Of a stretch of 64,000 nt of DNA, positions 60,438-64,000 are shown piece by piece; within the stretch, counting starts at the first letter, position 1, and each line of letters begins with the position of its first letter. The position numbers and the translations under genes were made by a program. Location: NCBI GenBank assembly GCA_038867615.1, contig JAWBYA010000006.1, positions 33,562 to 97,561 of the forward strand, in the 5' to 3' direction. The notes under the pieces were generated by a model that searched no databases, was not told the DNA's origin, and saw only the letters and a list, made by a program, of their open reading frames with translations. Source of the DNA: Sulfolobales archaeon. GTDB taxonomy: Archaea > Thermoproteota > Thermoprotei_A > Sulfolobales > AG1.

Positions 60438-61630
60438 ACCAGGATCTATATCTAGACTACCACCACAGAGATCTTAAGGAGCACCAGAGACTATTGATCT
60501 CGAACATAAGGGCTCTTATGGAGAGGTATGACGATAAATACTGGCTAGAGGTCGATGCTGGCGAGAGGTTCCCGGAGGAGTTTGTTAGAGAATACCTCGA
60601 GCTAGGCTTAGCAGGCCTAATGATCCCCGAGGAGTATGGCGGAGCTGGCTATGGGGTTCAGGAGGCAGCCCTAGTAATGGAGGAGATCAGCGCGTGTGGA
60701 GGAACCGCATACCATGTAAGGGCTATGTACTACCCTATAGATATTATTGTTAAACACGGCTCTAAACAACTTAAGGAGAAATATCTCCCAGGGATAGCTA
60801 GGGGAGAGCTTAGGCTCTTCGCCTTCGCTGTAACAGAGCCTGAGGCTGGATCAGATACTGCTAGGATCTCTACCTATGCTAAGAGAGAGGGTGATAAGTA
60901 TATCATCAATGGCAGGAAGATCTTTATATCGAGGGTTAGGGAATCGGATCTCATGTTCCTCGTAGCAAGAACCTCACCATATAATCCTGAGAGGAGATAT
61001 GATGGGATAAGCCTATTCCTAGTAGATCTCAGGGAGGCTAGGGGTATAGAGGCCAGGAAGATCAAGGTCATGGCCCTAGGCCCTGTATACGAGCTAGCAA
61101 TAGAAAACCTAGAGGTTCCCGCAGAAAACCTCGTAGGAGAGGAGGGTAGGGGCTTTAGACACCTACTAGGAGCCCTCAACGCTGAGAGAATAGTAATCGC
61201 GGGAGAGCTCGTAGGGGCTACCAGGTATCTCTTAAAAAGAGCAGTTGAGTATGCTTCAAAAAGAATAGTATTTGGCAAACCGATCGGGAGTTACCAGGGC
61301 GTTCAGTTCCCCATATCAAGCACATACATAGAACTCCTAGCAGCAGACGAAATCCTACACAGAGCCGCAAAACTATACGACGAAGGAGCAGAGAGCAGGA
61401 TAGTAGGTCTATACACAAACGCAGCAAAATACTACGCAACCGAGGTAGCCTGGAAAGCTGCTAACACAGCCATGGATACATTCGGAGGCTATGGATACGC
61501 ATGGGAGACAGGGATAGAGAGAAAACTCAGAGAGATAAGACTATACAAAGTAGCCCCTATCAACCAAAACCTCATCCTAGCATATATAGGGCATAGCATA
61601 CTAGGACTCCCAAGATCCTATGAACCATAA
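60434..61630 (+). CDS. Acyl-CoA dehydrogenase
   Basis: TEPEAGSD, NGRKIFISR, FGKPIG and FGGYGY; overlaps the CoA-transferase (ATGA). Confidence 0.93.
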   Translation: MNQDLYLDYHHRDLKEHQRLLISNIRALMERYDDKYWLEVDAGERFPEEFVREYLELGLAGLMIPEEYGGAGYGVQEAALVMEEISACGGTAYHVRAMYYPIDIIVKHGSKQLKEKYLPGIARGELRLFAFAVTEPEAGSDTARISTYAKREGDKYIINGRKIFISRVRESDLMFLVARTSPYNPERRYDGISLFLVDLREARGIEARKIKVMALGPVYELAIENLEVPAENLVGEEGRGFRHLLGALNAERIVIAGELVGATRYLLKRAVEYASKRIVFGKPIGSYQGVQFPISSTYIELLAADEILHRAAKLYDEGAESRIVGLYTNAAKYYATEVAWKAANTAMDTFGGYGYAWETGIERKLREIRLYKVAPINQNLILAYIGHSILGLPRSYEP

Positions 61631-61689
61631 TCCTCAGGAAAACCCCACTAGCAAGAACCAAATCCGACACAGAGATATGACAATGAATA

Positions 61690-62025
61690 CTATCGATCTT
61701 TAGCGGGGCTTATCTTTATAAGTTTTGCTCTTCTCTTATATATATCAAGCAGATCCGCGGTTATCACATGGATCTCGAACGGATCTTTTATTCCCTCCTT
61801 CCAAAGGCTTGCGAGAACCTCTCCCGGACTGATCCTGGTTACTACTAAAACATCTTCGCTTGAAAGCAGATGCCTATTTTCCGCAACACTGCCGAATAGA
61901 TAAACCTCTGCATTAGGATCTAGCCTTGTAACTATCTCAACGATCTTTCCCAAATATTTATCCAGATTACTGAATATCTCAGCCCTACGTTTAGCCTCTT
62001 TCACCAAAAATTCTTCCCACGACAT
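61690..62025 (-). CDS. MNT minimal nucleotidyltransferase, probably inactivated
   Basis: VYLFGSV and PFEIHV, but SSEDVLVV replaces the usual SDIDVLVV. Confidence 0.8.
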   Translation of the reverse strand: MSWEEFLVKEAKRRAEIFSNLDKYLGKIVEIVTRLDPNAEVYLFGSVAENRHLLSSEDVLVVTRISPGEVLASLWKEGIKDPFEIHVITADLLDIYKRRAKLIKISPAKDR

Positions 62026-62735
62026 TCCTGATCTCCTCCACAGTTTCTCTCAACCTTCAACCTCCTCACGAGAATAATCCCTACCAATATACCTAGACGT
62101 GATATAAGCATCTTCCAACGAGCCTAACTCCACAGCATATCTTAACAAAAGCTCTCTAACATCTTCTCGCCCAGAGAGATCGCCGTAGCCAGCTGTTTCG
62201 GATTTCATGATGGTTTATAAGGATTGATATTAAACCCGTAGTTCTGCAGTAATGAACATTATATAAGCTCTTATATTTCACTGGGATGACCGCCCAACAA
62301 TGAGGGTAAAAATAAAGACCCGAGGGGCGGGTTAAATAAAAACCAGGATGTGGGGGTTTCCCCACAGCAATGAACTAGAGCAAAGCTATGAAGGGGAGCT
62401 GTGGGTTGGGGTCACCCCGAATGGGTGGAGGCCAATGATAAGGGCTCCAATGAAAGGAGCCCTGAGGCCTATGAAACCAAGGGAAGAGCGGTTGATATAA
62501 AAATCAACTGCTATGAAGCCCGAACCCCTATCAGCTCTAGGAGCCTCCTCACGCTATGTGTCCTTGGATAATCTGCTCCTAGTTTGAGGAGACATGCTTT
62601 TAGGTATAGCTGGATAGACTGCTCAAGACTGAGGACTGCGAGATCATAGAATCCACGATCAATCTGAATAATAGAGGTCTCGAAAAACCTCCTAGACCGC
62701 TCAAGCAGATATTCTGCCTCACCCCGCTTAGTCAA
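61991..62735 (-). pseudogene. HEPN-domain gene split by a MITE and frameshifted
   Basis: LEQSIQLYLKA...YPRTH...LLELI joins GDLSG...LEDAYITSRY after removing 344 bp. A further 1-nt frameshift lies near 62056. Confidence 0.88.
62183..62528 (+). mobile_element. IS607-like MITE, copy D, 346 bp
   Basis: CCGTAGCCAGCTGTTTC ... GCTATGAAGCCCGAACCCC, colinear with copy A, with TTATATAA at 62259-62266. Confidence 0.9.
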
Positions 62736-63203
62736 AATACTACTCCTCAACTCCTTAAGTAGATTGTTACAAACACATTTAAGTGTGAACATAGAATCAC
62801 TCAGACCGGTGGCTTGAGTATCTATGCCGGTAAGTCCGCGTAGAGAGTTTAAGATAAAATAAGCAAGAATAGAGGACTAATCTTAGATATCTGTAACAAT
62901 TTATTGGGCTTACTTATCATCATCATTTATAAGACTGATTGATGATTAAACTCAAATGTAGTCTTTTAACAAAGCAACCAGCTTTTAACCATCTGGATCT
63001 ATCTATTTTAAAACGGTTGATAAGGGTAAATTGGTTCTAAGCAAAAGAGCTTAATGATCATAGCCTGTTATAGCCTATTCTTAAAAGCCCTGGGCAGTGA
63101 TGGGATTAATGCTCCAAACTGCCTGGAGAGTGTTCCCACAGAGATCTAGAGATCCCTGTAGGTGAGGATCTTTGGAGAAAAAACTATTTTGTTTTTACCC
63201 TAA

Positions 63204-64000
63204 CTACTTTGTTGTCATAATTCTCCTTACCTGGAGGAGGGTTAGTAGTGTGAATATGAATGCTAGCAGTGCTAGCACTATAGCAATAGCTATCGGTGCC
63301 ATAAGCCCCCCAACACCTGCAGAAACACTATCAACCCTAACACCAAGATCCCTGCCAAGGGTATCAAGCCTAGAGCCAAAACCAGCTATTGATGACGACA
63401 ACCCATCCCTAACCAAACCCACCAAACCCCTAAGATCCGAAGACACAGAATCAAGCCTGCTAGATAGAGCATCAAACCTACCAGAAAGATCCCTAACACC
63501 AGTAGATAAACCACCTATATCCGTCCTCACACCACCTAGATCAGCCCTAATACCAGCCATAGCAACCCTGAGATCCTCAAGAACAGCAAGCCTCGTCCTC
63601 AGATCGTTCACACCCGACATAACACCAGCTATAGAGCTATTAAGACCAGACACACCACCCCTAAGATCACCAGCCACCCTATCAAGCTTCGACGATATAT
63701 CATCAAGAACCCCTACAGGCTCCACCCCAACCTGCAGAGGAGAAACACTCGGCGTGGAAGAACCAGCCGCAACACCTGGGAGCATAGACGCAACCCCGAT
63801 CTCCAGGGCTCTAGAACCACCAACAACACTAACCCCAAGAACAACCTCGTCAGATAGCTGCCTCTGATCCGCAAGACTCTTAACAGCAACAACACTAACA
63901 CTATAGTTACCAGGTGCTGGGAATGTATATGAGAACCTCAAACCAACAGTCTCACCACCAGGTATAGACACCCCTATAGCCTGCAACGATAACGGCGTGT
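63204..64000 (-). CDS. C-terminal part of a surface protein (Ig/CARDB-like domain, coiled stalk, TM anchor), 5' end outside the window
   Basis: FSYTFPAPGNYSVSV, a heptad repeat region and a terminal hydrophobic helix with a basic tail. Confidence 0.7.
   Translation of the reverse strand, partial: TPLSLQAIGVSIPGGETVGLRFSYTFPAPGNYSVSVVAVKSLADQRQLSDEVVLGVSVVGGSRALEIGVASMLPGVAAGSSTPSVSPLQVGVEPVGVLDDISSKLDRVAGDLRGGVSGLNSSIAGVMSGVNDLRTRLAVLEDLRVAMAGIRADLGGVRTDIGGLSTGVRDLSGRFDALSSRLDSVSSDLRGLVGLVRDGLSSSIAGFGSRLDTLGRDLGVRVDSVSAGVGGLMAPIAIAIVLALLAFIFTLLTLLQVRRIMTTK

Noticed and set aside
62156-62365. 69-aa minus-strand ORF
   Set aside because: It lies almost entirely within MITE copy D and is spurious.
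63172-63867. Long antisense ORFs (also 2272-2778, 17486-18052, 35659-36243 and others)
   Set aside because: These are shadows of real genes on the opposite strand, caused by codon bias and repeats.

Overview
A 64 kb window from a hyperthermophilic crenarchaeon (Thermoproteota, Desulfurococcales/Sulfolobales-like), judged from the archaeal DNA ligase, Kae1-Bud32-RdgB, archaeal S12, PaREP families and a CdvB-like gene. Most of it is housekeeping, transport and metabolic genes. Four things stand out. (1) An unannotated family of short non-autonomous elements (four copies of 131-353 bp plus one right-end remnant). They insert at a CC/GG dinucleotide core as IS607-family elements do, split two genes whose frames are restored by removing the element, and carry a TATA box followed by a structured RNA-like segment resembling a tnpB 3' end/omega-RNA. 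All five point their right end head-on into a convergent gene. (2) An AT-rich SNF2/DUF3883 - unknown - DUF1156 - DUF499 restriction-like defence operon beside a decayed duplicate of the tRNA-Arg(TCT) 3' half. (3) A nine-gene sulfur-relay cluster: SelD-like, three TusA-like, two rhodaneses, acylphosphatase, OsmC and single-domain MetE-like. (4) Apparent CTG initiation in lhr and hflX. No CRISPR array, rRNA, transposase or integrase is visible. Family calls rest on recognised motifs, not database searches.
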